From Octopus vulgaris (taxonomy: Eukaryota), in the NCBI GenBank assembly GCA_951406725.2, contig OX597814.1, positions 128,278,001 to 128,342,000 on the forward strand: a stretch of 64,000 nt of DNA. The letters are read 5' to 3'. Positions 12,843 to 25,436 of this stretch are shown piece by piece; positions within the stretch are counted from its first letter, which is position 1; each line of letters opens with the position of its first letter. A program made the position numbers and the translations under genes. The notes under the pieces are model-generated. The model worked only from the letters and a program-made list of their open reading frames with translations, was not told where the DNA came from and ran no database searches.

Positions 12843-14003
12843 CTAGTTTAAGGTGACCTGCTCTACACGCGGGTGAGGGTATGGTTGTTACTTTCTGTTG
12901 TTTCCTTTCTGTTTCTCATTGCCACATTATCCCTCTTTGTTTTTCTCTCCGTTCTCTCTCACTTTCCCACTCTCTTACTCTTCCTTTCTCTTGGACTATC
13001 CCTTGCTTTCTCTTACTCTCTATCTTTCTCAATCTCTCTCCCTTTTATAAAAAAACAAAAGATCTTGAGTAAGTTGAGGAAGAAAATATTTTTAAAGATC
13101 AATCATAAATATCAGGCAGTGACAACGGAAAGGTCTGCTTCAAGGCGGACAGCAAAACACTAACATTTAAAAGGGACAGACGAACTTGCAAGCTGAATAA
13201 AAATAAAAAAAGAAATATTGGAAACCAAAGTTTGAAGGGATAGAATCTGAGGATAGTAGACTCACCATAGCTGTCATTCAAAACTTCTTAACAACAGACA
13301 GCAACGTACTGGCAGTTGAACTTGATGTAAAAGAAAATTCCTAAACACCAAGTTTTGAAGTAATTCTTTCTCACGGCAGTAGATTCACCATGGTAGGCAT
13401 TAAAAACTTCTTTATGATGGACAGCAACAAATTGACGATTTAAAGGCTGGTGCAAATTTTTTAGCTTGATGTAACAGAGAATTCCTAAACACCCACTCCT
13501 GTAAATTTTAATCCCCTTCCAGCTCCATTTAGACCCCTTTTCACGTAAAAATCCATTTTGTATCAACATAATAATTCACCATTCTAAAAGACCTGTGGTG
13601 GGAATATTTAAACTTTTGCGACTGTCAACGCTTTCTCTCTATAGATACAGACAGACGTACAGTGAGAGAGGTAATGGAAGAAAGAGTAACAGAGAGACGA
13701 AGCTGTCAAACGTTGTTATAGGGAGAAAGTGGAGGGAAGGAAGGAAAGAAAGAGATGGAGGAAGACAGGGTGATATGCGAAAGCGAGAAACGACAAACAC
13801 TTGTCAAAGTGTGAGTTTTGTTGCCCTAGTAACCACAGCTTTTGAGATAGGGGTTTCTAAACTAGTCCACTCACTTCCTCACCTCTGTTTACATATCCCT
13901 GTAAATTTTTGAGCCAATCCGACTGCATCTAGTGCCCCTTAACCCATTCCAATCCCCAAATGAGACAAACAAACTTTTCGCATTTCAGCTTTATAGATAT
14001 TGA
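12843..14003 (-). mobile_element. Non-autonomous Helitron with internal ~120-bp subrepeats (about 13150-13490)
   Basis: 5' TC, 3' ACCCGCGTGTAGAGCAGGT hairpin + CTAG, A|T insertion site. Confidence 0.65.
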
Positions 14004-14189
14004 TAAATCAGAAACGGAAAAACAAAACAATAAATTGAACAATTATAAATTCAATTCAATTTAAATATTTTAAACTTGTGCATGTGTATATGCATCTGTG
14101 TATACGTACGCATGTGTGTATGTATGCATACATAAATGATAGGTGTATGTGTGTATATATAAGTATATATAAATATGTGTATACGTTAA

Positions 14190-14797
14190 AGTGCCACTCC
14201 CAAACAGTTGAAGGAATCCGGAGTAGAGGTAGGCCCAGGAAGACATGCTGATGAGGTGGTCAAGCATGACCTTCAAACGTTGGGCTTCACAGAGGCAATG
14301 CTGAAAGACCGAGACCTCTGGAGATATGCTGTGACTGCAAAAAACTGAAAAATGAAGTGAGTTCATGGTTCGCAGGATAGCCTACTGTGCTTACTTTGGA
14401 TCGTAAGGTGACCTGCAGTGCTTGAGGAGACCTATTGTGTCAAGTACATCAACATCAAAATAAAAATCAAATGGAAATTGTAGTTAAGATATCCTGTGCC
14501 GGTGGCACGTAAAAAGCACCATCCGAACGTGGCCGATGCCAGCGCTGCCTTGACTGGCATCCGTGCCGGTGGCACGTAAAAGCACCAACTGATTGTGGCC
14601 ATTGTAAGCCTCTTCTGGCCTCTGTGCTGGTGGCACGTAAAAAGCACCCACTACACTCACGGAGTGGTTGGCATTAGGAAGGGCATCCAGCTGTAGAAAT
14701 ACTGCCAGATCAGACTGAAGCCTGGTGCAGCCTCCTGTCTTCCCAGACCCCAGTCGAAACATCCAACCCATGCTAGCATGGAAAACGGACGTTAAAC

Positions 14798-14833
<36 letters not shown>
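14190..14833 (+). mobile_element. RTE-clade LINE 3' end (ORF C-terminus, 3' UTR, (GAT)n tail); source of repeat family C
   Basis: Frameshifted VEGIRSRGRPRKT-DEVVKHDLQTLGFTEAMLKDRDLWRYAV is the typical RTE C-terminus; followed by GTGCCGGTGGCACGTAAAA units and ...GGACGTTAAAC(GAT)n. Confidence 0.85.
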
Positions 14834-15030
14834 AAACGTCTGTATTGTACAAATAAATCAATTAGAGAATGGAATAGTTATAGATTTAAAGTTATGAATT
14901 TACAAAATTTCAATAAGATTATTTACTTATTTATGATTAAGCTCATTCTTATATAGAGTGTTTGTAAAGATTTAGAAATTATAAGTAATTTCATTTGATA
15001 TCTTTCGTTAAATATTTAAGAAAATATGTC

Positions 15031-15119
15031 AATTTGATGAAGCATCATTACATATTTAAACGGATTTGATTATTCTTGAAAAACTTCATTTTATTAGTGA
15101 AGTAGAAACAGCTGTAATT
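15031..15119 (+). ncRNA. Decayed Penelope-type hammerhead
   Basis: AAT-TTGATGA...GAAAC-AGCT-GTA-ATT (palindromic ACAGCTGT stem III), inside the inverted repeats 14007-14070 / 15146-15209. Confidence 0.45.
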
Positions 15120-15228
15120 TATGAGATGTGTCATTTGTTTGTATAAAATATTTAAATTGAATTGAATTTATAATTGTTCACTTTATTGCTTTGTTTTTCC
15201 ATTTCTGATATATATATTCCTTATTTAA

Positions 15229-15441
15229 CACTTTAGCATTTAAACCAATCATATCTGGCTCATATATTCTACTTGTTTTATCTTAAAATTAATGAGACCC
15301 AACCTCTCACACCTACCCTACAATGTCATTCTAAAAACATACAAATACACCGTTGAAATCTTGAAGCTAGAAAATAATACATAATCAATTCAAAACAATG
15401 GCAATAAATAAACAATACAAAGAAATCTGAATGCTAAAGGG
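15229..15441. mobile_element. piggyBac-type MITE (related copy 22652-22870)
   Basis: TTAA flanks; TIR CACTTTAGCATT / AATGCTAAAGGG. Confidence 0.75.
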
Positions 15442-15796
15442 TTAATCCAGCTCCAGTAATAAATGCTGATATTCAGCTATTTTTCATGTTGCATTATATT
15501 TCTTTCATCTTGTTAGCTCTATGTGGATATTTTGTAATTCATGAACAACCTCGTATGACTTGTGTGACATTAATAAATCATGTTTAAATGTTTGTTTGGT
15601 GTTGTTGAATCATTACATGCAGCTCCTGTGAATCAATCAGCAGCTGTCACAACAACACAGCCCAGCAACATTGATGTGAGCAAAAAAGCAATGGTAAAGA
15701 AACTTGCCTAAGATATCATGCCTGCATCTGCAAACTTAGACAAAGTTATGTACTAACATGTGATTCCTTGTGGCTCTAAAGCTTTTTAAAAACTCT

Positions 15797-16164
15797 AGGG
15801 CACCATTTGAGCGTGATCGTTGTCAGTGTCACCTCACTGGCACTTGTGCCGGTGGCATGGGAACAAAACATTCGAGCGAGGTCGTTGCCAGTGCTGCTGG
15901 ACTGACTCCTGTGCAGGTCGCATGTAAAAAACACTATTTTCGAGCGTGGCCGTTGCTAGTACCGCTGACTGGCCATCGTGCCAGTGGCACTTTAAAAGCA
16001 CTCTCAGAGTGGTTGGCATTAGGAAGGGCATCCAGCTGTGGAAACTCTGCCAGATCAGATTGGAGCCTGGTGCAGCCATCTGGTTCGCCAGTCTTCAGTC
16101 AAATCATCCAACCCATGCTAGCATGGAAAGCGGACGTTAAACGATGATGATGATGATGATGATG
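15797..16164 (+). mobile_element. Family C (RTE 3'-derived) repeat (other copies about 1-124 +, 26320-26514 +, 32356-32747 +, 40338-40540 -, 42970-43186 +, 43257-43880 -, 48656-49110 -, 51674-52185 -, 54820-55503 -, 55890-56062 +, 56585-57147 -, 60310-60838 +, 62953-63197 -)
   Basis: Shared GAGTGGTTGGCGTTAGGAAGGGCATCCAGCTGTAGAAA...CCAACCCATGCTAGCATGGAAAGCGGACGTTAAAC(GAT)n. Confidence 0.88.
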
Positions 16165-16396
16165 TACTTGCTGCCCTGCACCCTCAGTCACAGTTATTGA
16201 CAATTAGATTGTAGCTTTTTAGTTTTATATTGCATATAGCCGCCTTTGTTATTTTATAATTGTTACATTAGCATTTTGCTGAAAATGCCATAAATTCATA
16301 TGATAAATATATACACAGACAGTCAGGATTTAGCCAAACCATTGAGCATTGGAGTAGTCACTACTGATGAGTTTGTAATTTTGAAACGAAACTATA

Positions 16397-16793
16397 GGCG
16401 CAGGAGTGGCTGTGCGGTAAGTAACTTGCTCACCAACCACATGGTTCTGCGTTCAGTCCCACTGCATGGTACCTTGGGCAAGTGTCTTCTACTATAGCCT
16501 TGGGCCAACCAAAGTCTTGTGATGGAAACTGAAAGAAGCCCATCGTATATATATGTATATGTATATATATGTGTGTGTGTGTGTGTTTTTGTGTGTCTGT
16601 GTTTGTCCCCTCCAACATCACTTGACAACCGATGATGGTGTGTTTACGTCCCAGTAACTTAGCGGTTCGGCAAAAAGAGACCGATAGAATAAGTACTAGG
16701 CTTACAAAGAATAAGTCCTGGGGTCGATTTGCTCGAATAAAGGCGGTGCTCCAACATGGCCGCAGTCAAATGACTGAAGCAAGTAAAAGAGTA
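16397..16793 (+). mobile_element. SINE family A
   Basis: Near-identical to 5170-5565. Confidence 0.9.
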
Positions 16794-17296
16794 TAGTGAT
16801 TTTGCTCGCTGTGTGGTGGTTATCTCCCCTGTCAGTATATGAAAATGTGATTCCTTGCGGCTCAGAGGGGTTTTTAACTTTTATTTCTACCAATGTAGGT
16901 GCTACCCAGCACCCTCAGTCACAATTAATGACAAATGAACTTTTCCTTTTTGGTTTTATATTGTATATAGCCACCTTCATTATTTTATAGGCATATAAAT
17001 GTACTTTCACACAATGAAGTGGGAATGTTTTATTATCATTATCATTAAAATAGAATATTCAGAAGGACTTTTTAAACTAAGATCATTGACTTCTGATTAT
17101 GTAACACTCAAGGCTTAACTTTTCACTTAACCTTTCATTTCTTTTATCTTTATCCTTTCACAATAACAATTTAACTTATATTTAACTCACTCTATAGCCT
17201 TCTATATATCATTTCAGAGCAAACTGTTAAAGATAATAAAATACTCTTTCTCTCTCTCTCTCTCTCTTTCTCACTCTCTGAATATATGCATATAGA

Positions 17297-17583
17297 TTAG
17301 GTCATTAAGAATGAAATGTCCGATTTTGAACAGAAAGTTTATTTTACTCTATCTCAACAAAAAGCAAATCAGTTAATCGAAGTATGCACCTAAATTATCA
17401 ACACAATTTTGACATTTTATCATTAGCTTATTTATGTTGGCAGCAAAGAATTCTGGAGAGCAAGAGGTGATGAAATTACGAGAGGCTGTTTTTGCACCTT
17501 CAGATTTGAAGTCTTTGCCTTGCAAAAAGTTGTCTAATGCCTAGAAAATGTGATTGTCAGTGGGTGCAAGGTCTGGTGAATAT
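17297..17583 (-). mobile_element. Mariner transposase relic (C-terminus and right end)
   Basis: Minus-strand YSPDLAPTD..ALDNFLQGK....NKL..KCQNCVDNLGAYFD*, with stops/frameshifts. Confidence 0.85.
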
Positions 17584-17689
17584 CTCCTCACGGAGTGGTT
17601 GGCATTAGGAAGGGCATCCAGCTGTAGAAACACTGCCAGATCAGACTGGAGCCTGGTGTAGCCTGGATACTAGTAAGAGATTTAGACCT

Positions 17690-18540
17690 TTTGCTTTGAG
17701 AAAGTGAAGGTTAAAGTTCAGAGTTCAATCTACCATTTAAATATTTGTGATTTGGTGTGTTTCTTTAAGTATGTTTTAAGTAATGGAATTTTTAAGGGTT
17801 CACAAAGAATGTAAGTACATGGGAAGCTTTAGATAGTCACCGGACTTCTTTACTTGTTGGTGTTATTTAAGATATTTTACCATTTAGTATTGGGAAGGTG
17901 GAGGTTATTAGTCAAGCATTTCATGGAGTTCGTTAGTAAGGAAATTTTTTGTTGTATGCTTTAATGTTCACAAAATGATTTAGGTAGGTACAAAAGTTGT
18001 TGGTCAGCATATTTCTCTCTAAGAATTTATTGTTCTAGATGTTATTTGATTACTATTTAGAAAATCTTAACTTTTTTGTTTTAGGGTGGTGAAATTTGCA
18101 GGTAGTGTTTTTATAAATATTTCTATTTGGTTTGATTTATGAATATATGCAAAAGTAGGGCATTCTAAAGGGTGTGCATATAATTCTGTAAAAAATATAA
18201 CTAAAAGAAGTAATAATATCATCCTTGTATATATGTGTGTGTGTGTGTGTAAGAGTACGCACTTATTTTAGAAAATTTGGTGAGAATTTTGGTTGAAAAT
18301 TGTGGAACTAAAATATAATCTCTACAAGACTTGTTTTGTGTAAAGCCATAATGTAAGTTTTGATGTATATTATGGAGATAGTTTATGGTGAAGGTGAAGT
18401 AGGAGAGAAAAGTTGATGAGATATTTTCATGTTTGACCATTTGATTTGAAATATTTTAGCATTTTGGAGATTTTGTGCATCCAGGAAATGAGTAATTCAG
18501 AATTTCAGTTCAGAGTTTTTGAGTCTCGAATGTGAGAATG
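17690..18540 (-). mobile_element. Heavily decayed retroelement ORF, possibly Penelope-like
   Basis: Strong T-rich skew with broken peptide-like stretches (e.g. SLSQSKRSKSLTS); weak. Confidence 0.3.
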
Positions 18541-19279
18541 TGGTAGCATTCATCAGTACAAAATTGGCAGGGTCTGTTGTTTCCAGTCTGCCTTGAAAGC
18601 ATATTCAGTTATGGGAGAAATATTACCTTGCTTGGGATCACATAAGGGTTAGCGACAGGAAGGGTATCCAGTTGTAAGAAAAATCTGGCTGAATAAATTT
18701 TGCCAAATTCAAGTAAATATGAGAAACTGGATGTTCAAACGACGATGATGATGATGATGAGGAGGATTTATCTGATCAATTAAGCCCGTCTATAAGGATA
18801 GAAACAAGAGTTCTCTCCCTTGCAGTTAACGCCGGCAATATTTGTTAATTAGGAGAATAAGGGTTTCAAAGTGAGTTTATTTCACTTAAACAAAATAAAA
18901 ACTGACTTAAGCTGTTCATTCTTTAAACAGTACTCTTTATAATGCGTCGGTAATAAGCATCAAATGGATGTGGAAATAAACAAAAGTCAATAGTCAAAGC
19001 CTCTTGCTGTCAACTCTTACAATGTTATATTTCTAACTGCAATTTACATTGGTCAATCCATCGACACTTGTTTAAAGACTGCACAAACTGATTAATTTTA
19101 GATTATGAATAAAGACAAGAAAATGAGAGGCTTTACCGAAAGACAAGCAGATGCGATGTCAAGGTTGATGAGATGCATAACTATTTCTACGAGAAAAAAT
19201 AATCAACTATCTTGTGAAAGATAAAGACAATTCTTTTGGTTTCTTATTCCCTCTCTCACTGTTTTTTTTCTTTCGTTCT

Positions 19280-19333
19280 TTCACCCTCCCCTTCTCCCTT
19301 TATTCGTCTGTCTTGCAGCCTCTGCCTGTCTGC

Positions 19334-19387
<54 letters not shown>

Positions 19388-19497
19388 TATCTCCTCTCTC
19401 TATTCCTCACAAACTCAGTCGCTGTTTATCTTTCCGTATATTTACTCCTGATAACATTCATTGCTCTTCATTACCTCTGACTTTGATTCAATCGAAA
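19280..19497 (+). promoter_or_regulatory. Putative ACY1 core promoter / 5' UTR
   Basis: (CT)n tract 19337-19386 followed by an Inr-like TCAGTC at 19415; locally CpG-retaining; directly upstream of the ATG. Confidence 0.4.
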
Positions 19498-19603
19498 ATG
19501 GGATCAGAAACCGAGAGAAGAAACCCTTCTGCTGAACACCCGGCTGTGACTAACTTCAGACGGTATTTACGAATCAAGACTGTCCAGCCTGAACCTGACT
19601 ATG
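19498..19603 (+). CDS. ACY1: Aminoacylase-1, coding exon 1 of 16 (gene 19498-61040; 406 aa)
   Basis: AAAATGG start; [35 protein letters not shown] matches the ACY1 N-terminus ([23 protein letters not shown]); donor G|GTCAGT, phase 1. Confidence 0.95.
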
Positions 19604-20547
19604 GTCAGTGTACATTTACATATATTTTATTTGTTTACATATCTCTATTTTCTGTTCTTTAATTTATTGTGCGACACGTTCCCGTGTATAAAGGTAGATC
19701 ATTCTTGTCAAAAGAAAAATAAACATCACATCGCTGGTTGTTGTTTAATTGCCGGTCAGCCTTGATCGGCCAGGTTTTTAATTTGATATGGTTTTATCTA
19801 GGATTGCATTATCCAATATGTCTTTTCATTTTTAGAGATACCTTCGTTTGGTTTCACAGTCGATATTTTACAAATCTTATCGGTTAATATATTAACTCAG
19901 AGTTAAATCGAGGTCAATAAAATAGGTTGGGCCGATACATTCGACTATACTCTGTCCCTAAATATGAGGCTTTTGTGTCTATCACTGAAGTGGAGAGGTT
20001 AGCAGAATTGTTAGCGCGTCAGACAAACCACCTTGTGATATTTGTTCAGAATGTACTTTGTATATAATATATCTGGGCTCGATAGAATTAAGTACTAGTC
20101 ATCTGACCCCAACCATAAACTTTTTGTTCTTGTGCTTATATCGCCTACCCACTTCTTTATAAAAAAGCAAAATAAAGTTTGCATCCATATAATTTTACTT
20201 TCTTCATCATGTTGAATAAGTTTATAAAGTTTAGCACATCTTAATACTGTTAAACATGACATTTTGTCTCCCCAATAATTTTTTTAATCGTCCCACCTCC
20301 TACAACCCATGAGAAATACTAAGCTATAAAATTCTTGTAAAATGGAAACGGCGAAGCTAAAATGGCATCGTTTCATTAAAAGATACTCCTTACATTATAT
20401 TAGATTAATAATTTATCATACTTTGTATTTACAAGCCTAAATATAGAAGTCAATATAGTCTTTTCTACTCTAGGCACAAGGCCCGAAGTTTTGGGGGAGG
20501 GAGCCAGTCTATTAGACCGACTCCAGTACGCAACTGGTACTTAATTT

Positions 20548-20850
20548 GGTAATCTTTTACAATTACACCCGCCTCATGAAACGGGTGTAATAGTAAAATA
20601 ATACCGATCTGACTTGCTATTTCTGATAGTATGGTGCTACTTAAAGAGTTAACTGCTATTTCTGTTTTATTCGTCAATTATATATTAAGCGGAAGTTGAC
20701 AAAAGTTTTATTTGCCTTGAATGAAGTACAAAAGAATTCATAGATTGCTGTTTTCATTTAACCATCGTTTAGTTAACTTATTAAGCTAACATTGATAAAC
20801 ATAAAGCATACACCCGCCTCATGAAAAGGGTGTAATAGTAAAATAATACC
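20548..20850. mobile_element. Merlin-like MITE nested in a family-B SINE
   Basis: TIRs GGTAATCTTTTACAATTACACCC / GGGTGTAATAGTAAAATAATACC; 8-bp TSD CTTAATTT. Confidence 0.8.
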
Positions 20851-21735
20851 CTTAATTTATTGACCCTGAACGGATGAAATGCGAAGTCGACCTCGGCAGA
20901 ATTTGAACTCAGAACGTAAAGACAGACGAAATACCTATTTCTTTACTACAGACAAGGGGCTAAACACAGAAGGGAGAAACAAAGACAGACGAACGGATTA
21001 AGTCGATTATATCGACCCCAGTGTGTAACAGGTACTTATTTAATCGACCCCGAAAGGATGAAAGGATGAATTTGAACTCAAAACGTAGCGGCAGACGAAA
21101 TACCGCTAAACATTTCGCCCTGCGTGCTAACGTTTCTACCATCTCGCTGCCTTATAAAATTCATTATATTACTTGAACTATTGTGAACTCGTGAGCAGTG
21201 ACTTGGCCACTTCTGCTTACTCGGCAACGAGTAAGTTTTACGGTTCAGGATCGAAAATTCCTATAATGGCATCATAGGAATCATATGATGGCATCATATG
21301 ACTTGACCTCCAGGTCAAGTCATATTCACAAAAGGTGGCCGATGAAGTAGCTTTTTTTTTTTTAGATGTTATCGATATCATATTGCAACACTTTGTTCAC
21401 ATTTACGAGTCTTTACACTACTCGACAGAATATATAATAAAAATAAAATAAAATAGCTTTAAAAAATTAAAACATTCAAATCTAATAAAACTAAGGGTGG
21501 CTTCAGTATCCTCCACCCTCATCAACGAAAACAGTTCATAAAAGTTATAAAATATGTTTGTTATCTGCGAGTAAAGACTAGTTTATTTACAAATTCTGTA
21601 TACTAATAGGAAGAAAGCCCTTGCGCTTGGTGGTCAGTGACATTCGGTTTGAGGGGTTCCTTGATTTGCCCTTGTTGAAGGGAGGTTCTCATATATCAAG
21701 AAGACTATCTCATCCATATGTATTCATGCATTGGT

Positions 21736-21969
21736 AGGCAAGACTTCCGCCCGTCCCCAGGGTTAGGGTTACGGTTTTAAGGTTAGGGTTTTAGGGTTAG
21801 GGTTAGTGTTGGGGAAAAAAGTCAAAATTGAAGAATTTGAAAGGGGGTGGGAAATTTAACAAAGCAGATTTTTGGCAATTTTCCGGAACCTCTGTATCCG
21901 AAAAAAATTTTTTTTAAATAAACAAATTTGCGAGAAAATGGATTTGGGGGACAGGCAGAAGTCTTTCCC
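21736..21969. mobile_element. TIR element carrying interstitial TTAGGG repeats
   Basis: TIR GGCAAGACTTCCGCCCGTCCCC / GGGGACAGGCAGAAGTCTTTCC; degenerate (TTAGGG)n at 21759-21806. Confidence 0.7.
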
Positions 21970-23087
21970 ATTGATATATTATCTGTTGTCTTTTACTTGC
22001 TGCAGTCATTAAACAGCGACCATACTGGGGCACCACCTTGAAGAATTTTAGTCGAGCAAACTGACCGGAGTATTTAATATTTCTTTTTTTTAAACCAGGT
22101 ACTTATTCTATCGGATTCTTTGCCCAACTGCTAAGACGTAAATACACCAAGACTGGTTGTCTAGAGGTGATGGGGGACAAACAGTGTGTGTGTGTGTATA
22201 TATATGAAGGGCTTCTTTCGGTTTCTGTCTACCGCGAGTCTGCTGCCCTTACCACTGGGCCATTGCGCCTCCACACACAGAATATATAGCATTGCTATAA
22301 TAAAAAGGTGGCGAGCTGGCAGAAACGTTAGCATGCTGGGCGAAATGCTTAGCAGTATTTCTTCTGACTTTACATTCTGAGTTCAAATTCTGCTGAGGTC
22401 GACTTTTCCTTTCATCCTTTTGGGGCCGATAAATTAAGTATCAGTTGCACACTGGGGTCGATCTTATTGACTGGCCCCTTCCCCCAAAATTTCAGGCCTT
22501 GTACCTAAAGTAGAAAAGAAATGAATATATAGCATTGTAGTACTACTTACTACTTTTCTACATCCTGAGTATAGTCACTTCCCAGGTGACACTGTTATTT
22601 TGTTGTCCTGTTAATAAGCAGGACATTGGTTTGTGCCATGTTGACCTTTAGCCCTTTAGCATTCAGATTCCTTTGTCAAATGTTATGCTTACTTATTTGC
22701 ATATATTTGAATTAATTATGCACAGTCTCATAGCTTTAAGATTTCAATGATATGATTGATTATTTTTAAAATGACATTGTATAGTAGGTGTGAGAGATCA
22801 AATCTGGCTGATCTGAAGATAAAATACGTAGAATATTTGGGCCAGAACAGCTGGTTTAGATGTGAAAGGGTTAAATCAAAAAGACATTCCTTCAGATTTG
22901 AAATTTTATTTTCAGCAACTTACTACAAACCTAGATTTTATCCATCTTATTCTTAAATATAAGAAAATATTTTTTTTAAAGAAGTGCATGCTAAGCTATG
23001 TAGTTAAGAAGCTAGTTACGCAACTATCTGCTTCCAAGTTCCATTCTATTGCACAAGAGTACCTTTGGCATGTATCTTCTACTATTG

Positions 23088-23452
23088 ACACAGGAGTGGC
23101 TGTGTGGTAAGTAGCTTACTTACTAACCACATGGTTCCAGGTTCACTGCCACTGCGTGGCACCTTGGGCAAGTGTCTTCTACTATAGCCTCGGGCCGACC
23201 AAAGCCTTGTGAGTGGATTTGGTAGATGGAAACTGAAAGAAGCCTGTTGTATATATGTGTGTGTTTGTGTGTCTGTGTTTGTCCCCCCAACATTGCTTGA
23301 CAACCGATGATGGTGTGTTTACGTCCCCGTAACTTAGTGGTTCGGCAAAAGTAACCTATAGAATAAGTACTAGGCTTCCAAAGATTAAGTCCTGGGGTTG
23401 ATTTGCTCGACTAAAAGGCGGTGCTCCAGCATGGCCACAGTCAAATGAGTAA
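23088..23452 (+). mobile_element. SINE family A (older copy follows at about 23546-23780)
   Basis: Near-identical to 5170-5565. Confidence 0.88.
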
Positions 23453-23804
23453 AGTGGATGCTAACATTTTTGGTGTTTGTGGGCCAAGAAATTTTACTGA
23501 ATGTAAAATTAAACTTATGATGAGAAAGAAAATAAAATCATCACAGGTGCAGACATGGTTGTGTGTTTAAGGAGCTTGCTTTGCAGTCACATGGTTTCGA
23601 GTTCAGTTCCACTACACATCACCTTGGTCAAGTATCTTGTGTTTGACTAATGCCTTGTGAATGAATTTGGTAGAGAGAAACCTGTGTGTGTCTATGTGCG
23701 TTAGTACTTTTGTATGTCCCCCACTACCTCTTGACAACCAGTGCTGGTTTGTTTACATCCCTGTAACTTAGCAGTTTGACTAAGTTACAGAGTGTAAGTA
23801 TACG

Positions 23805-23860
<56 letters not shown>

Positions 23861-25436
23861 AGTGTGTATGTTTCTGTATACTGGTTATACACACACAAAC
23901 ATCTGTTAGAGGATGTGACTTCCTAAAAGTAAGTGACTTAATACATATATTATAGCCGAATGAACAATTTGTACCATACTAGGTACTGAAGTTAACATGA
24001 CTGACTAATACTCCTGAAGGTAATAGCTCCATCTTGGCTATAGTCCAAAGACTGAAATCAATAAAAGAATACGACTGTATTTCATTGTTGTCTACTTGAG
24101 AAATAATTGTATTTTTGAAGGCATTTAATAATTTTCATCTGTTTTTTGCATAACTCTTTCCTTATATACAATTTACATTGTAAGTTCTAGTTATTGGCAA
24201 TGTAATTATCTTTAGTATAAATGTATAAAGGACTATGATTTGTTGCATTCTTTTCTAAGAATTAAGTCAAGTTATAAAACAGAGCTTGTGTTGATGAATA
24301 TGTATTTTAAATTGACCATGAGTTGGCCTTTTTTAAAGTACTTACAGGCATTTATTATAACTAGATAACATTGATATTCATGTGCATAAAATTATCAACA
24401 AATTATGCTCTTGTCTGTTATGAGATGATAATAATTCCTCTTGTGCTGATTTTGGTTATAATACCTTGTATACTAAATTTCTTGCAACCTAATTGTGTCT
24501 TAAGATCACTGGAAAAATACTGACCTATTTTGTTATTTCAATAGAGCTAAGAATTGAAATGCACAAAAGAAAATTTAGAAGAATATCTTATTATTTTTCA
24601 TTTAATAAATTAATTAAAATGGTGAAATCTTTTGACTGCTACACCAAGTAAATTTAAGGGAGTTTCAGTAAATATAGACTGGAAACAACAATAAAGCATC
24701 TGTAGGTATGTGAGTTACTTGTTTGCAAGATTTTATGAAACACAAGAACCTCTAAAACTGATGGGGTCAATGTAGTTTTAAATTATTTCTGTGTATGTTT
24801 TAAACATCAGAGTAAGAAGCTCAGCAATAACGGACTTTTTTTTATAGGATTTCAGAGATTGCACAGGGAAAGGGTTGAAGAGCTTACCTTCAAACTAAAA
24901 CCCTGGTCTGAATGCTTGCAACAGATTGGACCCCACTAAAGGTACCTAGTACAAATATAACTGAGTGGTTAAATAAAAGAGAATGTGATAACAGAGAGAG
25001 ACTCAGGAAAATAGAGTGGAAAAGTATAATTGTGATGAAAGAAACAGAACAGTAGTAGCAAAGCAATGGTTGTGTGTATGTGTGTGTAGGGGGCAGTGCT
25101 CTTGCCAATATATCTAATATTGGTCACATTTGAGCATTGTATAGGGCCAGCAACTGATTGTAGCTAAAGTATTTTCTCACACTGAAGGGGAAACCTAGAC
25201 TCAGCAATATTATATGAGATATCACTATGAGAGATTGCTGTGTAATTTTTGAGATAAGTGTGAAGGCTATAGTTGCATGTCAATCACACATAGTAAGGAT
25301 GTTGTATAAGGAGTCATCATTGTAATTTCTTCATTGAAGTCTGTTTTAAACATTTCTGTTCATGGAAGTAGTTTATGCCTGGTATGAGATGTCTAGGTTA
25401 CATATGAATGACATGTATGAAGATGTTCATCTCATG

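Noticed and set aside
21759-21806. True telomere or chromosome fusion site
   Set aside because: Short, degenerate, intronic and enclosed by TIRs
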